64,000 bases of DNA from an uncultured Chloroflexia bacterium (GTDB taxonomy: Bacteria; Chloroflexota; Limnocylindria; QHBO01): NCBI GenBank assembly GCA_963789435.1, contig CAWBKO010000009.1:259277-323276 (forward strand), written 5' to 3'. Of the stretch, positions 1-10,333 are shown piece after piece. The notes beneath the pieces are model-generated. The model ran no database searches, was not told where the DNA came from, and was given only the letters and a program-made list of their open reading frames with translations. The stretch's first letter is position 1. Each line of letters begins with the position of its first letter. A program made the translations under genes and the position numbers.

Positions 1-563
1 GCGGCCAACGACGTCGAACCGCCAGCTGCAGCGCCAGCAGGCAGAAGAAGACGGCAACTACCTGGGCGATGAGCCACACCGGTGCCGGTGCCGGCCGCCC
101 ACCAGTGCACGCTGCCGATCGCGAATGCCGCGGTGAGCCAGTTGGCCGGGACCACCGCGACCCCCGAGCGCCTGAGAAGTGACCAGACCAGGGCGACGTT
201 CGCGCCACCGAAGAGCGCCGTTGCCACGCCCTGGTCGAATCCCGGCCCGAAGAGCGCCACGAACGGCATGAGCACGATCGCCGGCATCGGCGGGAAGGGC
301 GAGTACCAGCCGCCCTCGGCTCGCGGGACGAGCTCGAGCCAGGGCATCGGCTGATCGATGTACAGACGACCGTGCAGGAAGCCGTCGGCGAGCGGCAGGA
401 AGCTGTCGAGCGTGACGCGCTCCGAGACGGTGAACCAGTAGAGGAGCGCCGCCGCAGCAGCGACGGCGATGAGCCCGCCGAGCCGGCCGCGGATCATCGC
501 CTCGGCAAGCCCACTACCCAGCGGGCGGCCCGGGCGCTCCGCGACCTCCTGGTTCGGTACCAT
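1..563 (-). pseudogene. GT-C-type integral-membrane glycosyltransferase (ArnT/PMT-like); 3' part lies outside the window; one frame break near 85
   Basis: Reverse translation MVPNQEVAERPGRPL..MIRGRLGGLIAVAAAAALLYWF..LHGRLYIDQPMPWLELVPRAEGGWYSPFPPMPAIVLMPFVALFG. The TM pattern continues in another frame (VWLIAQVVAVFFCLLALQLAV) after about 85. GGGAG lies before the ATG at 563. Confidence 0.5.
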
Positions 564-588
564 CGGGCTCCCTTCGTTGATCGGTGGC

Positions 589-1807
589 ATGGACGACAAG
601 CGCGACCCGGAGCCTGCCGGCGCCCGACCGCCGATCGCGGCGCTCTTCGCCGAGGCGTTCATCCTCTTCCTCGCGCTGCGCATCGGACTATCGCTGCTCG
701 GGGCGTTCGTCGCAACGACCGGCGTCTGGGGACCGTGCCACTTCGAGGAAGCGCTGGTGGGCTGGCAGACCATGCCCGAGCAGCTGCGGGACGGGGTCGC
801 CTTCCCGTTCGCCGGCATCTGGGAGCGCTGGGACGCCTGCTGGTACATGAAGATCGCGACCTACGGCTACGAGCCCGGCGAACGGGCGGTCGCCTTCTTC
901 CCGCTCTTCCCGTCCCTCGTGCGAGCAGTCGGGACGTTCACGACGGTCCCCTACCCCGTGGCCGGGCTGATCGTTTCCGCGGTCGGCTACGTCGCTGCCA
1001 TGACCGGCCTGCTGCGCCTCGTGAGTGCCAGCCACGGGCTTCGTATCGCACGCTGGAGCATGCGGTACCTGTCGCTCTTCCCGGTGGCCTTCTTCCTGTT
1101 CGCGCCGTTCACCGAGGCGACGTTCCTGGCGTCGGCGGTGTGGTGCCTCGTCTTCGCCCGCGACCGTCGCTGGGGGCTGGCGCTCCTCTTCGGCGGCCTC
1201 GCCGGCCTGGCCCGCGCCCAGGGAGTGCTCCTTGCCGTGCCGCTGGCCTGGGAGGCGTTCCTCGCGCTGCGCGAGGCGCGGGGCTCCGGCCGGCTTCGGA
1301 CCTGCCGCGCGTGGGTCGGGGTGGCACTGAGCATTGCCGCCACGCTCGTCCCGGTGGCCGTGTTCCTCGCCTTTGGTGTGGTGGCGCGAGCCCTCACCGG
1401 CGAGACGCCATACGACGCGCAGTCACTCTGGGGCGGGACCGATTTTCATCCTCCGTGGGAGGTCGTGGCAGCGGCCGCCACGTGGGCGGTCGAGCATGGG
1501 GACGGGATCGAGGCCCTCAACCTGGCCGCCCTGCTCGGATCGGCGGGGCTCCTGCTCGCCGGCATCCGTCGCATGCCCGTGACCTATTCGCTCTATGCGT
1601 GGCCGCCGCTGTTGCTGGTCGCGACGCGCATCCAGCCGACGCCGCTGACCTCGACCATGCGCTACGTCCTCGTCCTCTTCCCGGTCTTCGTCGTGGCCGT
1701 CCTGCTCACCGAGCGACCGCTGGCTGCGCCAGGTATTTCTGATCGTGTCCACCCTCCTGCTCGGAGCGCTCACCACGATCTTCCTGCAGGGCGATTTCGT
1801 GGCTTGA
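589..1807 (+). pseudogene. PIG-V-like membrane mannosyltransferase; C-terminal TM helix is in another frame (break near 1725)
   Basis: MDDKRDPE..WERWDACWYMKIATYGYEPGERAVAFFPLFPSLVRAV with multiple TM segments. The tail RWLRQVFLIVSTLLLGALTTIFLQGDFVA-stop is read only after a +1 shift, and the in-frame continuation to 2196 is R/P-rich nonsense. Confidence 0.6.
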
Positions 1808-1819
1808 CGGTGGCTCCCT

Positions 1820-3019
1820 ATGATGGGGCCGATGCAGGAGACCTCCGGCGCCGTCGTCGCCTTCGAGCACGTGACCAAGCGCTACGGCGGACCGGACGCG
1901 TCACCCGCCGTCACCGACCTGACCCTCACCATCCCGGCCGGCGAGGTGTGCGTGCTGGTTGGCCCGTCCGGCTGCGGCAAGACCACGACCATGAAGATGG
2001 TGAACCGGCTCATCGAGCCGACCGGCGGCCGGATCACGATCGACGGCGAGGACATCATGTCGCTGCCCGCGGTCGAGCTGCGGCGACGGATCGGATACGT
2101 GATCCAGCAGATCGGGCTCTTCCCGCACCTCACCATCGGCGACAACGTGGCGGTCGTTCCGAAGCTCCTGCGCTGGAAGCCATCTCGCGCGCGTGACCGG
2201 GTCGACGAGCTGCTGAACCTGGTCGGCCTCGAGCCAGCGGCCTATCGCGACCGCTATCCGAACGAGCTGTCCGGCGGCGAGCGCCAGCGGGTCGGCGTGG
2301 CACGCGCCCTCGCGGCCGATCCGCCCGTGATGCTCATGGACGAGCCGTTCGGCGCCGTCGATCCGATCCGTCGCGATCGGCTCCAGAACGAGTTCCTGCG
2401 CCTCCAGCAGCAAGTGCGCAAGACGATCATCTTCGTCACCCATGACGTGGACGAGGCGATCAAGATGGGCGACCGGATCGCCATCCTGCAGCGCGGCGGG
2501 ATCCTGGCCCAGTACGACACGCCGGCCGCCATCCTCGCCAACCCGGCGTCTGAGTTCGTCGAACGCTTCGTCGGGGCCGATCGCGGCCTGAAGCGCCTGT
2601 CGCTTGCCCGGGTGCGCGACCTCGACCTGATCGAAGCCGTGCCCGTCCGTGTGGGGGAAGACCGTGCCAATGTCCGCCGCCGTCTCGACCGTGTTGAGGA
2701 GCTCGACTACGCGCTGCTGGTCGACGACGAGGAGCGCCCTCTCGGGTGGATCGACCAGGCCGACCTCACCGGCGATGGCCCGATCAACGCGGATGCCGCC
2801 ACGCCGGGCGCGCCGACCGTCGAGCCGGAAACCACGCTGCGCGACGCGCTCTCGGCACTCCTGGGGTCGAGCGTCCAGCTCGGAGTCGTGGTGGACGACC
2901 ACGAGCGGGTCATCGGGCTCGTCAGCGTGGATGCCATCGGCGAGCGGCTGCGCGAGCCGGTCCGGTCGGCGAGCGGCTCGGTTCGTCCCGTGGGCGAGCC
3001 GGTGGACGGCGCGTCGTGA
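1820..3019 (+). CDS. glycine betaine/osmoprotectant ABC transporter ATP-binding protein with C-terminal CBS pair (OpuCA/ProV type)
   Basis: Walker A GPSGCGKTT, signature LSGGERQR, Walker B VMLMDEPFGAVD, CBS-like tail. Intact 399-aa ORF. Confidence 0.9.
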   Translation: MMGPMQETSGAVVAFEHVTKRYGGPDASPAVTDLTLTIPAGEVCVLVGPSGCGKTTTMKMVNRLIEPTGGRITIDGEDIMSLPAVELRRRIGYVIQQIGLFPHLTIGDNVAVVPKLLRWKPSRARDRVDELLNLVGLEPAAYRDRYPNELSGGERQRVGVARALAADPPVMLMDEPFGAVDPIRRDRLQNEFLRLQQQVRKTIIFVTHDVDEAIKMGDRIAILQRGGILAQYDTPAAILANPASEFVERFVGADRGLKRLSLARVRDLDLIEAVPVRVGEDRANVRRRLDRVEELDYALLVDDEERPLGWIDQADLTGDGPINADAATPGAPTVEPETTLRDALSALLGSSVQLGVVVDDHERVIGLVSVDAIGERLREPVRSASGSVRPVGEPVDGAS

Positions 3020-3678
3020 ACCCGGACGAGCCCTTCATCCGCTTCGACTGGATCGTCGACAACCTCGACGAGATCGGCCAGCGCCTCGGCGAGCACGTGC
3101 TGATGGTGGTCGCATCGGTGTCGATCGGCTTCGTCGTCAGCTTCGCGCTGGCGCTCATCGCGATCCGTTTCCCGCGCACCTACGGCCCGATCCTCGCCGT
3201 CACCGGCACGCTGTACGCGGTGCCGTCGCTTGCCCTGTTCGTGCTCCTGATCCCGATCACCGGGCTCTCCCTCGCGACCGGGATCGTGGCACTCGTGCTC
3301 TACACGCTGCTCATCCTGGTGCGGAACATCGTGACTGCCATCGAGGGCGTGCCGCCCGACGTCACCGAGGCGGCCACTGGCATGGGGTACACACCGTCGC
3401 AGCGCTTCTGGCGGGTCGAGCTGCCGATCGCCATGCCGGTGGTGATTGCCGGCCTTCGGATCGCCACCGTCACGACCATCGGACTGGTGGCCATCACGAC
3501 GTTCATCGGTCTCGGTGGGCTCGGCTATCTCATCATCAACTCCGGGACCCGACGCTTCTTCCCGACCTCCATCTACGTCGGCGTCCTCCTCTGCATCGCG
3601 CTGGCCGTCCTCGCCGACTTCGGCCTCCAATGGCTCCAGCGCCGCCTGACGCCGTGGGCCCGGGCTCGCGGGGGCTGA
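3016..3678 (+). CDS. osmoprotectant ABC transporter permease
   Basis: GTG start overlaps the upstream stop (GTGA). Binding-protein-dependent permease pattern: TM-rich, EAATGMGYTPSQRFWRVELPIAMPVV. Confidence 0.85.
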   Translation: MNPDEPFIRFDWIVDNLDEIGQRLGEHVLMVVASVSIGFVVSFALALIAIRFPRTYGPILAVTGTLYAVPSLALFVLLIPITGLSLATGIVALVLYTLLILVRNIVTAIEGVPPDVTEAATGMGYTPSQRFWRVELPIAMPVVIAGLRIATVTTIGLVAITTFIGLGGLGYLIINSGTRRFFPTSIYVGVLLCIALAVLADFGLQWLQRRLTPWARARGG

Positions 3679-3679
3679 G

Positions 3680-4417
3680 ATGGAGCTCTTCGTGGAGGGG
3701 ATCGCGTGGCTGACCGATCCCGGCAACTGGACCGACCCACGGAACGGCATCTTCCTGCGCCTCTGGGAGCACGTGTCCCTGTCGGTGGTGGCGCTCACCG
3801 CGGCCGTCGCCATCGCGCTGCCGGTCGGACTGGTCATCGGGCACACCGGGCGTGGGGCAGGCGTGGTCATCGCGATCGCCAACATCGGGCGGGCGGTTCC
3901 GTCGGTGGGCTGGCTGGGCATCGTCTTCGCGCCCCTGCTCGCCCTCTTCGGTCGCGGCGGGATCGGGTTCGCGCCATCGGTGATCGCCCTGACCCTGCTC
4001 GCCATTCCGCCGATCGTCACCAACACGTATGCGGGCATGCGGGAGGTCGACCGGGAGATGGTCGAGGCGGGTCGCGGGATGGGCATGCGCGAGTCGGAGA
4101 TCGTGCGGCTCGTCGAGGTGCCGGTCGCCCTGCCCGTGATCATGGCGGGTGTGCGCTCGTCCGCGGTCCAGGTGGTCGCCACCGCGACGCTGGCGACGAT
4201 CGTGGGCGGCGGGACACTCGGTGCCTTCATCGTCCAGGGCATCGACGTGCGCGCGCTCGACCGGGTGGTGGGCGCCGCAATCCTGGTGGCACTCCTCGCC
4301 ATCTTCACCGAGCTGGCATTCGGATTGCTTCAGCGCCGGGCGGTGTCGCCCGGGCTCCGGGCTCGGACGAGCCTGGCTCCGCAGGGGTACACCAAGATCG
4401 ACATCCCTGCCGTCTGA
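3680..4417 (+). CDS. osmoprotectant ABC transporter permease (second subunit)
   Basis: Starts 2 nt after the previous stop. EAGRGMGMRESEIVRLVEVPVALPVIMAG permease loop with 5-6 TM segments. Confidence 0.85.
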   Translation: MELFVEGIAWLTDPGNWTDPRNGIFLRLWEHVSLSVVALTAAVAIALPVGLVIGHTGRGAGVVIAIANIGRAVPSVGWLGIVFAPLLALFGRGGIGFAPSVIALTLLAIPPIVTNTYAGMREVDREMVEAGRGMGMRESEIVRLVEVPVALPVIMAGVRSSAVQVVATATLATIVGGGTLGAFIVQGIDVRALDRVVGAAILVALLAIFTELAFGLLQRRAVSPGLRARTSLAPQGYTKIDIPAV

Positions 4418-4530
4418 ACGCGTGCGTATCGTCGCGCGTAAGGCTCAGTAGAGGGCGACTGCTAGACTGCGGCCTTCCCACTTCGAAGTCGCCCCGGGCG
4501 ACACCTGCACATACCCAGAAGGAGAACCCA

Positions 4531-5466
4531 ATGCGGATCCCCCGCACGCTTGCCCTCGGGGCGGCGGTGCTGGCGCTCGTGATGAGCGCTTGCTCGCCGG
4601 GAGAGAGCAGCAGCCAATCCAGCGCTGCCAGCGGAAGCCCCGCCGCCGAATCGCCCGAGATCTCGATCGGGTCGGCGGGCTTCCCCGAGGCTGCGCTCGT
4701 TGCTGAGATCTATGCCCAGGCCCTCGAGGCCAACGGGTACACCGTCGACCGACATCTCGAGCTCGGCGAGCGCCCGGCCGTGCGTGCCGCGTTCGACGCC
4801 GGCGAGATCAACCTCTCCTCGGACTACCTTGGCGGCCTGGCCACCTTCCTCGAGGTCGAGGGTTCGTCGGACCCCGAAGCGGTCTACGCCGACCTGCTGC
4901 CCGCCCTCGAGGCACTGGACCAGACGGCGCTCGACTACTCGCCGGGCACCGATGCGGATGGCTTCGTCGTCCGCCAGGAAACGGCCGATGAGCTCGGGCT
5001 GGCGACGATGAGCGACCTCGCCGAGGTCGCCGGTGACCTGGTCTGGGGCCTGGCGACCGGCTGCCCGGAGAATCCGGTCTGCGGCCCAGGGCTGCTCGAC
5101 GTGTACGGGATCGACATCAGCACCCTCGATGTCGAGCCGCTGCCCCCGTGCAGTCCGGAGATCGCGGAGGCCCTCAACAGCAGCGCGATCGACGTCGCAC
5201 AGGTCTGCACCACGCAGGCCGAGATCGCGAGCTTCAACTTCGTCCTGATGGAGGACGACGGAGCGCTCCAGCCGGCGCAGAACGTCCTTCCCGTGCTGAC
5301 GCAGGAGCTCGCCGATGCCGGCGGTGATGACATGGCCGCGGTCCTCAACGCGGTCAGCGAGCTGCTGACCACGGAGGAGCTGACGAACCTGAACCTGTCG
5401 ATCGCCGAGCAGGAGAGCTATGAGGACATCGCCAGCCAGTGGCTGACCGATAACGGCCTGAACTAG
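4531..5466 (+). CDS. glycine betaine/choline-type substrate-binding lipoprotein
   Basis: AGGAGAA Shine-Dalgarno. Signal peptide with lipobox LVMSAC. OpuCC/OsmF-like body (ISIGSAGFPEAALVAEIYAQALEANGY). Confidence 0.85.
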   Translation: MRIPRTLALGAAVLALVMSACSPGESSSQSSAASGSPAAESPEISIGSAGFPEAALVAEIYAQALEANGYTVDRHLELGERPAVRAAFDAGEINLSSDYLGGLATFLEVEGSSDPEAVYADLLPALEALDQTALDYSPGTDADGFVVRQETADELGLATMSDLAEVAGDLVWGLATGCPENPVCGPGLLDVYGIDISTLDVEPLPPCSPEIAEALNSSAIDVAQVCTTQAEIASFNFVLMEDDGALQPAQNVLPVLTQELADAGGDDMAAVLNAVSELLTTEELTNLNLSIAEQESYEDIASQWLTDNGLN

Positions 5467-5523
5467 GCCGCACCTCCTCCAGACCCCGTCGGGGCGGGCC
5501 GGTTCGCCGGTCCGCCCCTTCTC

Positions 5524-6183
5524 GTGCATGATGACGGGCCGATGAGCCAAGCCACCTCCGCCCATCTCGCACTCGCCGACTGGCGCCGCCAGGTGAGCGC
5601 GCTGTACGCGTCACTGCGCGCCGACCACCGCCCTGGACCGATGCGCGCCGTCGCCTACCGCGCCGCACGCGACCGGCTCTTCGGCTCACATCCGTCGTCC
5701 GCCATCCCGGAAGCCGAGCGGCGCGACTTCCGCGGCCTGGCCTACTTCCGTCACGACTCGGCGCTCGAGCTGCGGGCGCGTCTCGTGCTGGATCCGGAAG
5801 CACCGGCCCTCGACGTGCCGCGTTCCGGCGAGGGCCCGCAGATGCCGTTCGCCCGTATCGGCTGGGTGCGCTTCGCGGTCGACGGGACCCCATGCCGCCT
5901 CTCGGTCTTCTGGCTGAACGAGTACGCGGGGGGCATCTTCATCCCGTTCCGGGACGGCACCAGCGGCAGCGAGACCTACGGCGGCGGCCGATACCTCTGG
6001 GACTCGGCGAAGGGCGCCGACCTGGGCAGCGAGGGCGACGAGCTCAGCCTCGACTTCAACTACGCGTATCACCCGTCGTGCGTGTACGACCCGATCTGGT
6101 CCTGTCCGCTGGCGCCCCAGGAGAACTGGCTGACGGTGCCGATCCCCGCAGGTGAGCGGCTGCCCGAGTCGAAGCCCCGATGA
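5524..6183 (+). CDS. DUF1684 family protein
   Basis: FWLNEYAGGIFIPFRDGTSGSETYGGGRYL..LDFNYAYHPSCVYDPIWSCPLAP is the typical DUF1684 C-terminal signature. Confidence 0.7.
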   Translation: MHDDGPMSQATSAHLALADWRRQVSALYASLRADHRPGPMRAVAYRAARDRLFGSHPSSAIPEAERRDFRGLAYFRHDSALELRARLVLDPEAPALDVPRSGEGPQMPFARIGWVRFAVDGTPCRLSVFWLNEYAGGIFIPFRDGTSGSETYGGGRYLWDSAKGADLGSEGDELSLDFNYAYHPSCVYDPIWSCPLAPQENWLTVPIPAGERLPESKPR

Positions 6184-6641
6184 CGGCACCGACGGGCGCC
6201 GAGCCCCGCCACTGCATCAAATGCGGCCGCGAGGTCGGGCCGGACGAGACGATCTGCGAGGTCTGCAACCGGGCCGGGATGGCCACGCCATCCGCGTCGC
6301 AGTACCACGGCACGGTGGTGGTGGCCATCGTCCTGGCAGTCGCGGCGCTCGGCATCGCGGCCAGCCTGTCGTTGCGCGGCGTCGGGCCCTACGGGGCGGA
6401 GGTGCTGCGCATTGAGCCGGCGGAGCCGGCAGGCTTCGCGATCACCTATGCCGTCACGAACGAGGGCACGAAGGCGGGGCGCGCCAAGTGCCAGCTGGTG
6501 GCGCTCGACGCCGATGGCCAGCAGCTCCGCACCCGCGGCACCGTGACATCGCAGATCGCGGGCGGCGCCAGCGCTGAGCTCGTCGAGACCGTGCCTGGCC
6601 TCCAGGAGGAACCGGCCTCGGTGAGCGTCAGCTGTTCGTAG
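6180..6641 (+). CDS. zinc-ribbon, single-pass membrane protein, function unknown
   Basis: ATGA overlap with the upstream gene. CxxC..CxxC ([20 protein letters not shown]) followed by one TM helix and a beta-rich domain. Confidence 0.55.
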   Translation: MTAPTGAEPRHCIKCGREVGPDETICEVCNRAGMATPSASQYHGTVVVAIVLAVAALGIAASLSLRGVGPYGAEVLRIEPAEPAGFAITYAVTNEGTKAGRAKCQLVALDADGQQLRTRGTVTSQIAGGASAELVETVPGLQEEPASVSVSCS

Positions 6642-7140
6642 CGCCCACGGGCTCCAGGATCAGGCGGAGCTCGATGAGGCCGGCCTCGAGCGGCGCGTCG
6701 CTCACCAGCGCCCACGCTGCGTGCGACAGGTCGACGACGCGCTCGTCATCGGTTCCTGCGTAGCACTCGCACCAGTCGACCACCGGCAATCGAGCGCATC
6801 GATCGGCGCACACGGTGACGTGGCCGTTCACTTCGCCCGTGTAGCGTCCGCCCAGGTCGCCGGGCAGCGCCACGGTGGCCTCGCCGATCCAGCCGTCGGT
6901 ACCGAGATAGTTGCTGCCGGTACCCGCCACTTCGCTGGTCGGCGGCGGCTTCGACGCCGTGTCGGCCTCGATGGTCCGGTGCAGGGGTCGGGACGCCGGC
7001 CAGGCGCTCCAGCCGTCGACGGCGTCGTTCGGATCCGGTGCCGCATCCACGAACGTCATGGCTGCGACGCCGGCAGTGGCCACGACCGTGATGGCCGCGG
7101 CGATCAACAGGGCAGCAAGCGCCCCGAAACGATTGTTCAA
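6628..7140 (-). CDS. secreted protein, possibly RlpA-like double-psi beta-barrel fold
   Basis: N-terminal signal/TM ([21 protein letters not shown]). C-terminal ..[41 protein letters not shown] resembles DPBB domains. The family call is weak. Confidence 0.45.
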   Translation of the reverse strand: MNNRFGALAALLIAAAITVVATAGVAAMTFVDAAPDPNDAVDGWSAWPASRPLHRTIEADTASKPPPTSEVAGTGSNYLGTDGWIGEATVALPGDLGGRYTGEVNGHVTVCADRCARLPVVDWCECYAGTDDERVVDLSHAAWALVSDAPLEAGLIELRLILEPVGATNS

Positions 7141-7278
7141 CGTATGTTCTCCAGGGGGTTCGCCCGTCGGTGCCTGACGGGGGTGGCGGCTCGCGACGCG
7201 GACTCGGTCAACGCGTGCGAATCGCCCGATGCGAACCGGCTGGTCGCAAGAAGGATGCCACCAAGTATGCTGCAGATC

Positions 7279-9015
7279 ATGATTCGATGGGCTCGCGCGC
7301 TCCCGAGCGCGCTCGTGCTTCTGGCCCTGACGGCCGCCGCGGCAGTCGCCGCGGGGCCCCCGTTCCCCGATCCGGAGACTGATCGGGCCGTCTACGACGA
7401 GGCCGGCGTCCTTCGTCCCGAGGTGGTCGCCGAGCTCGAGAGCCGGATCGACGCCGTCGAGGCATCGACTCGGCGCCGAGATCTACGTCTATACCCAGCT
7501 CGATCCCGGCATCAGCGAGGACGAGAACCTCGCCAACGCGGCAGCGCTCATGGATCAGTGGGGCATCGGCCGCTCCGGCTTCGACGACGGTCTGGTCATG
7601 ATGGTCGGACTGAACGACGATCGCGTCCACGGCAGGGTCAGCCTGTACGGCGGCTCCGGCTTCATCAGCCAGCACATCGACGAGAACGAGCTCACCGGCA
7701 TCATCGACAGCGAGTTCGTCCCGCGCGCGCAGGAGGGCGACCTCAACGCGGCGACGCTCGACACGATCGAGGCGGTCCAGGAGCAGGTGGCGCCCGACAC
7801 GATCCCGCTGACGGTCGGGCGCGTGGTGAATGCGGCGCTGGGGATCATCGGCGCACCGTTGGCACTGCTGGTGACCCTCGGCGGGGCATGGTGGAAGTGG
7901 CGCCGCGAGGGCGACGATCCTGAGCTGACCGACTCGCCGTCGATCCTGATGGCCGGCCCGCCGGCCGAGATGACCCCACCGCTCGCCACCGTCGTCCGCG
8001 CCGGGCGGGCAAACGCACACAGCACGAACACGCTGCTTGCCGAGCTTGCCGGCACCGGCCGCCTGTCGTTCCACAACCTCGACAAGGTGCGCGGCATGCA
8101 CAGCGACGACGAGCCCGACCCGCTCACCGATCCCGCCATCGAGCTCCGCGTGAACGCCCCCGACGACAATGAGCTGCCGCGGCCGGAGCGCGAGGCATGG
8201 GAGGCCGTCAAGTCCCTGGCGGGCGGATCCGACCGGTTGAGCCGCGAGCGGCTGTGGAAGGTCAACTCGGAGATGGGAGCCGTGCGCAGGAGCCTCGAGG
8301 AGGAGGCGATGCGCCTCGGCTGGTTCACCCAGCTGCCGTCGAAGGCGATCGGGCGCGCCACCGCGGCCGGTGTCGGTATCGCCGTCCTGGGCGCCGGCGT
8401 CATCGGCCTCGGCGTGATCCTGCCGATGAGCGGGGCCGTCCTGTTCGGCGCGGCGCTGCTGCTCGGTGGGGTCGGCACGATCGGCTTCGGGCAGGCGATG
8501 AGCCAGCGCTCGACCCAGGGCGCCTACGTGGACGCCATGCTGACGGCGTACCGGAGGACGCTCCAGAAGACCATGGACCAGGCGCGAAGCATGGGCGAGG
8601 TGATCCAGCAGCCCGAGATCGCCAAGCTGGCCGACACGCCCGACAAGGCCGTCGTGTGGGGCATGGCGCTCGGGCTGCACGACGAGGTGGCGGCCGTGCT
8701 CGCCCGCGGCCTCGAGGAGCAGCGCAAGGCGACCGGCTCACCGGTCGGCGCCTACTACCCGCTCTGGCTCGGTTCGAATTCCGGCTCAGGCTCGGGCTGG
8801 TCGGGCGCCTCGGCAGCCGATCTGGCCGGGCGGCGTCAGCGACGGCTCCGGGCAGCATCTTCTCGGGCTCCGCCATCCCCGACATCGGCGGGATGTTCGA
8901 CGCCCTGGGCAGCGTCGGCTCATCTCCCCCATCGTCTTCGTCGAGCAGCAGTGGCGGCGGCGGGACCGGCGGTGGCGGCAGCTCCGGGGGCGGAGGCGGC
9001 TCCGGGTCGTTCTAA
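7279..9015 (+). pseudogene. TPM-domain / DUF2207-type membrane protein; frame breaks near 7470 and 8820
   Basis: Signal peptide [28 protein letters not shown]-like [48 protein letters not shown]2207-like TM pair and the Gly/Ser tail SSSSSGGGGTGGGGSSGGGGGSGSF are read in a third frame. Confidence 0.7.
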
Positions 9016-9058
9016 CGCCATTGGCAGACATTTAAATTTGCGGCTATCGTTGAAACCA

Positions 9059-9907
9059 ATGAGTTTCAACCGTCCGCGCCCCGACCGCCGACCCGATCGT
9101 TCCGATCGAGACCGATCAGACCGACCCCCGCAGCGCCGCGGTGACTGGCAGCCGCGCGAGCATGGAGGCGGCGACCGTCCATCAGGGCCGCGGGGTGGGG
9201 ACCGGCCCCCGTATCAGCCGCGGGGTGGCGACCGGCCGCCGTATCAGCCGCGTGGCGGCGGAGACCGGCCTCCGTATCAGCCGCGGGGCGGCGGCGATCG
9301 ACCGTTCACGCCGCGGCCACAGTTCGAGCGCGCACCCGATGAGGGCGGCATGTCGATCCGCCTCGATCCGCGGCGCGTCAACGCCCTCAAGCATCTGGCC
9401 GGCGAGGCCGGCGTGCGGCCCGGCGATCTCGTCCGTCAGTGGGTCGAGGAGCGGATCGACGGCTCGCGGACCGGCGGCGACGTTGCGACGACCGCTCCCG
9501 GCGCCGAGAGCCTGCTCAGCCGCCTCGAGGCGCTCACCGCGCGGGTTGCGGCGCTCGAGTCCATCGGCGCCGGCGCCGCGCCCTCATCCGATCAACCTCC
9601 AGCCACGGCGCCCGTCGAGGAGCCGCAGCGCCATCGCGGCACGAAGCGCGCCGCCGCGGCGCCCTCCAGGGGGCGTGTGGCGCTCCACGATGAGATGATC
9701 ACGATCATCCGCGAGCGTGGGCCGATGCGCGCAGGCGAGCTCGCCGATGCGATCGTCGAACGCGGTCGCTACACGGTGCCGCGCAGCGGCAAGCCGCTCG
9801 ACGCGAAGACCGTGAGCCAGCGAGTCAGCAATCCGACCTATCGGTCGCGCTTCGTGCGCAGCGAGGGACGCATCGGCCTGGCCGAGGAAGCCTCGGCCGC
9901 CAGCTAG
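9059..9907 (+). CDS. repeat-containing DNA-binding-like protein: R/G/D/P-rich N-terminus, RHH-like segment, coiled coil, C-terminal HARE-HTH-like winged helix
   Basis: Intact ORF preceded by an unusually AT-rich patch (cagacatttaaatttgc). GGDRPPYQPRGG repeated 3-4 times. SIRLDPRRVNALKHLAGEAGVRPGDLVRQWV. C-terminal ALHDEMITIIRERGPMRAGELADAIVERGRYTVPRSGKPLDAKTVSQRVS..FVRSEGRIGL. Confidence 0.6.
   Translation: MSFNRPRPDRRPDRSDRDRSDRPPQRRGDWQPREHGGGDRPSGPRGGDRPPYQPRGGDRPPYQPRGGGDRPPYQPRGGGDRPFTPRPQFERAPDEGGMSIRLDPRRVNALKHLAGEAGVRPGDLVRQWVEERIDGSRTGGDVATTAPGAESLLSRLEALTARVAALESIGAGAAPSSDQPPATAPVEEPQRHRGTKRAAAAPSRGRVALHDEMITIIRERGPMRAGELADAIVERGRYTVPRSGKPLDAKTVSQRVSNPTYRSRFVRSEGRIGLAEEASAAS
9191..9316 (+). 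repeat. in-frame tandem repeat, four units of 30-33 bp
   Basis: (ggt ggS gac cgg ccN ccg tat cag ccg cgK) x3 plus a degenerate fourth unit, encoding RGGDRPPYQP. Confidence 0.85.
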
Positions 9908-9909
9908 GG

Positions 9910-10113
9910 TCAGTCCTCGAGGACGAACGTCACCAGGATGTTCGTCTGGAACTCGAGCGCGCCATCGCGGTTCACCATCACACGCTGCTCCTTTACCCAC
10001 GCGCTGCGCACGCCGCGCAGGGTCTTGTTGGCGCGCTCGATCCCTTCTCGGATCGCGTCCTCGAAGCTCGTGGTCGAGGTGCAGGAGAGCTCGGTCACCC
10101 GGGCAACGGACAT
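9910..10113 (-). CDS. dodecin family flavin-binding protein
   Basis: 67 aa. VARVTELSCTSTTSFEDAIREGIERANKTLRGVRSAWVKEQRV..EFQTNILVTFVLED matches the dodecin pattern. GAAGGAGGA Shine-Dalgarno. Confidence 0.75.
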   Translation of the reverse strand: MSVARVTELSCTSTTSFEDAIREGIERANKTLRGVRSAWVKEQRVMVNRDGALEFQTNILVTFVLED

Positions 10114-10333
10114 CTTGAAAATCCTCCTTCAGTGATGGGGCGATCTGTGTGAGCCCCGGTTCCATGCATCAGGTCCCGCGCCACCCGGAGACGTTTGCGC
10201 GCCCGCGCAACTAACGACGACGTAAGGCCGATTCTCGACAAGGGTTTGCGGCGAGGAGCAAACCACGGACGTATTTCGGGGCGGTCAGCCGTCTGCGTCT
10301 CTGTTCCATGCGCTCCAGCGCAAGTCAGGCGGT

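Noticed and set aside
4418-4530. The hairpin GTCGCC-CCG-GGCGAC between the second permease and the binding-protein gene of the betaine transporter, considered as a terminator.
   Set aside because: It has only a 6-bp stem and no U tract, and it sits inside an obvious operon. At most it is an intercistronic stabilising element, not supportable as a terminator.
9191-9316. The tandem 30-33-bp repeats, considered as a CRISPR-like or minisatellite non-coding array.
   Set aside because: The units are contiguous with no spacers, in frame, and encode a repeated RGGDRPPYQP peptide inside an intact ORF.
10114-10333. A 220-nt leader upstream of the flavin-binding dodecin gene, considered as a possible FMN (RFN) riboswitch.
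   Set aside because: The reverse-strand sequence lacks the conserved RFN core elements (GGGCAGGGUGAAAUUCCC.., ..CCGACGGU.AAGUCCGGAUG). I found only small generic GC hairpins and the likely terminator of the upstream PHP gene.
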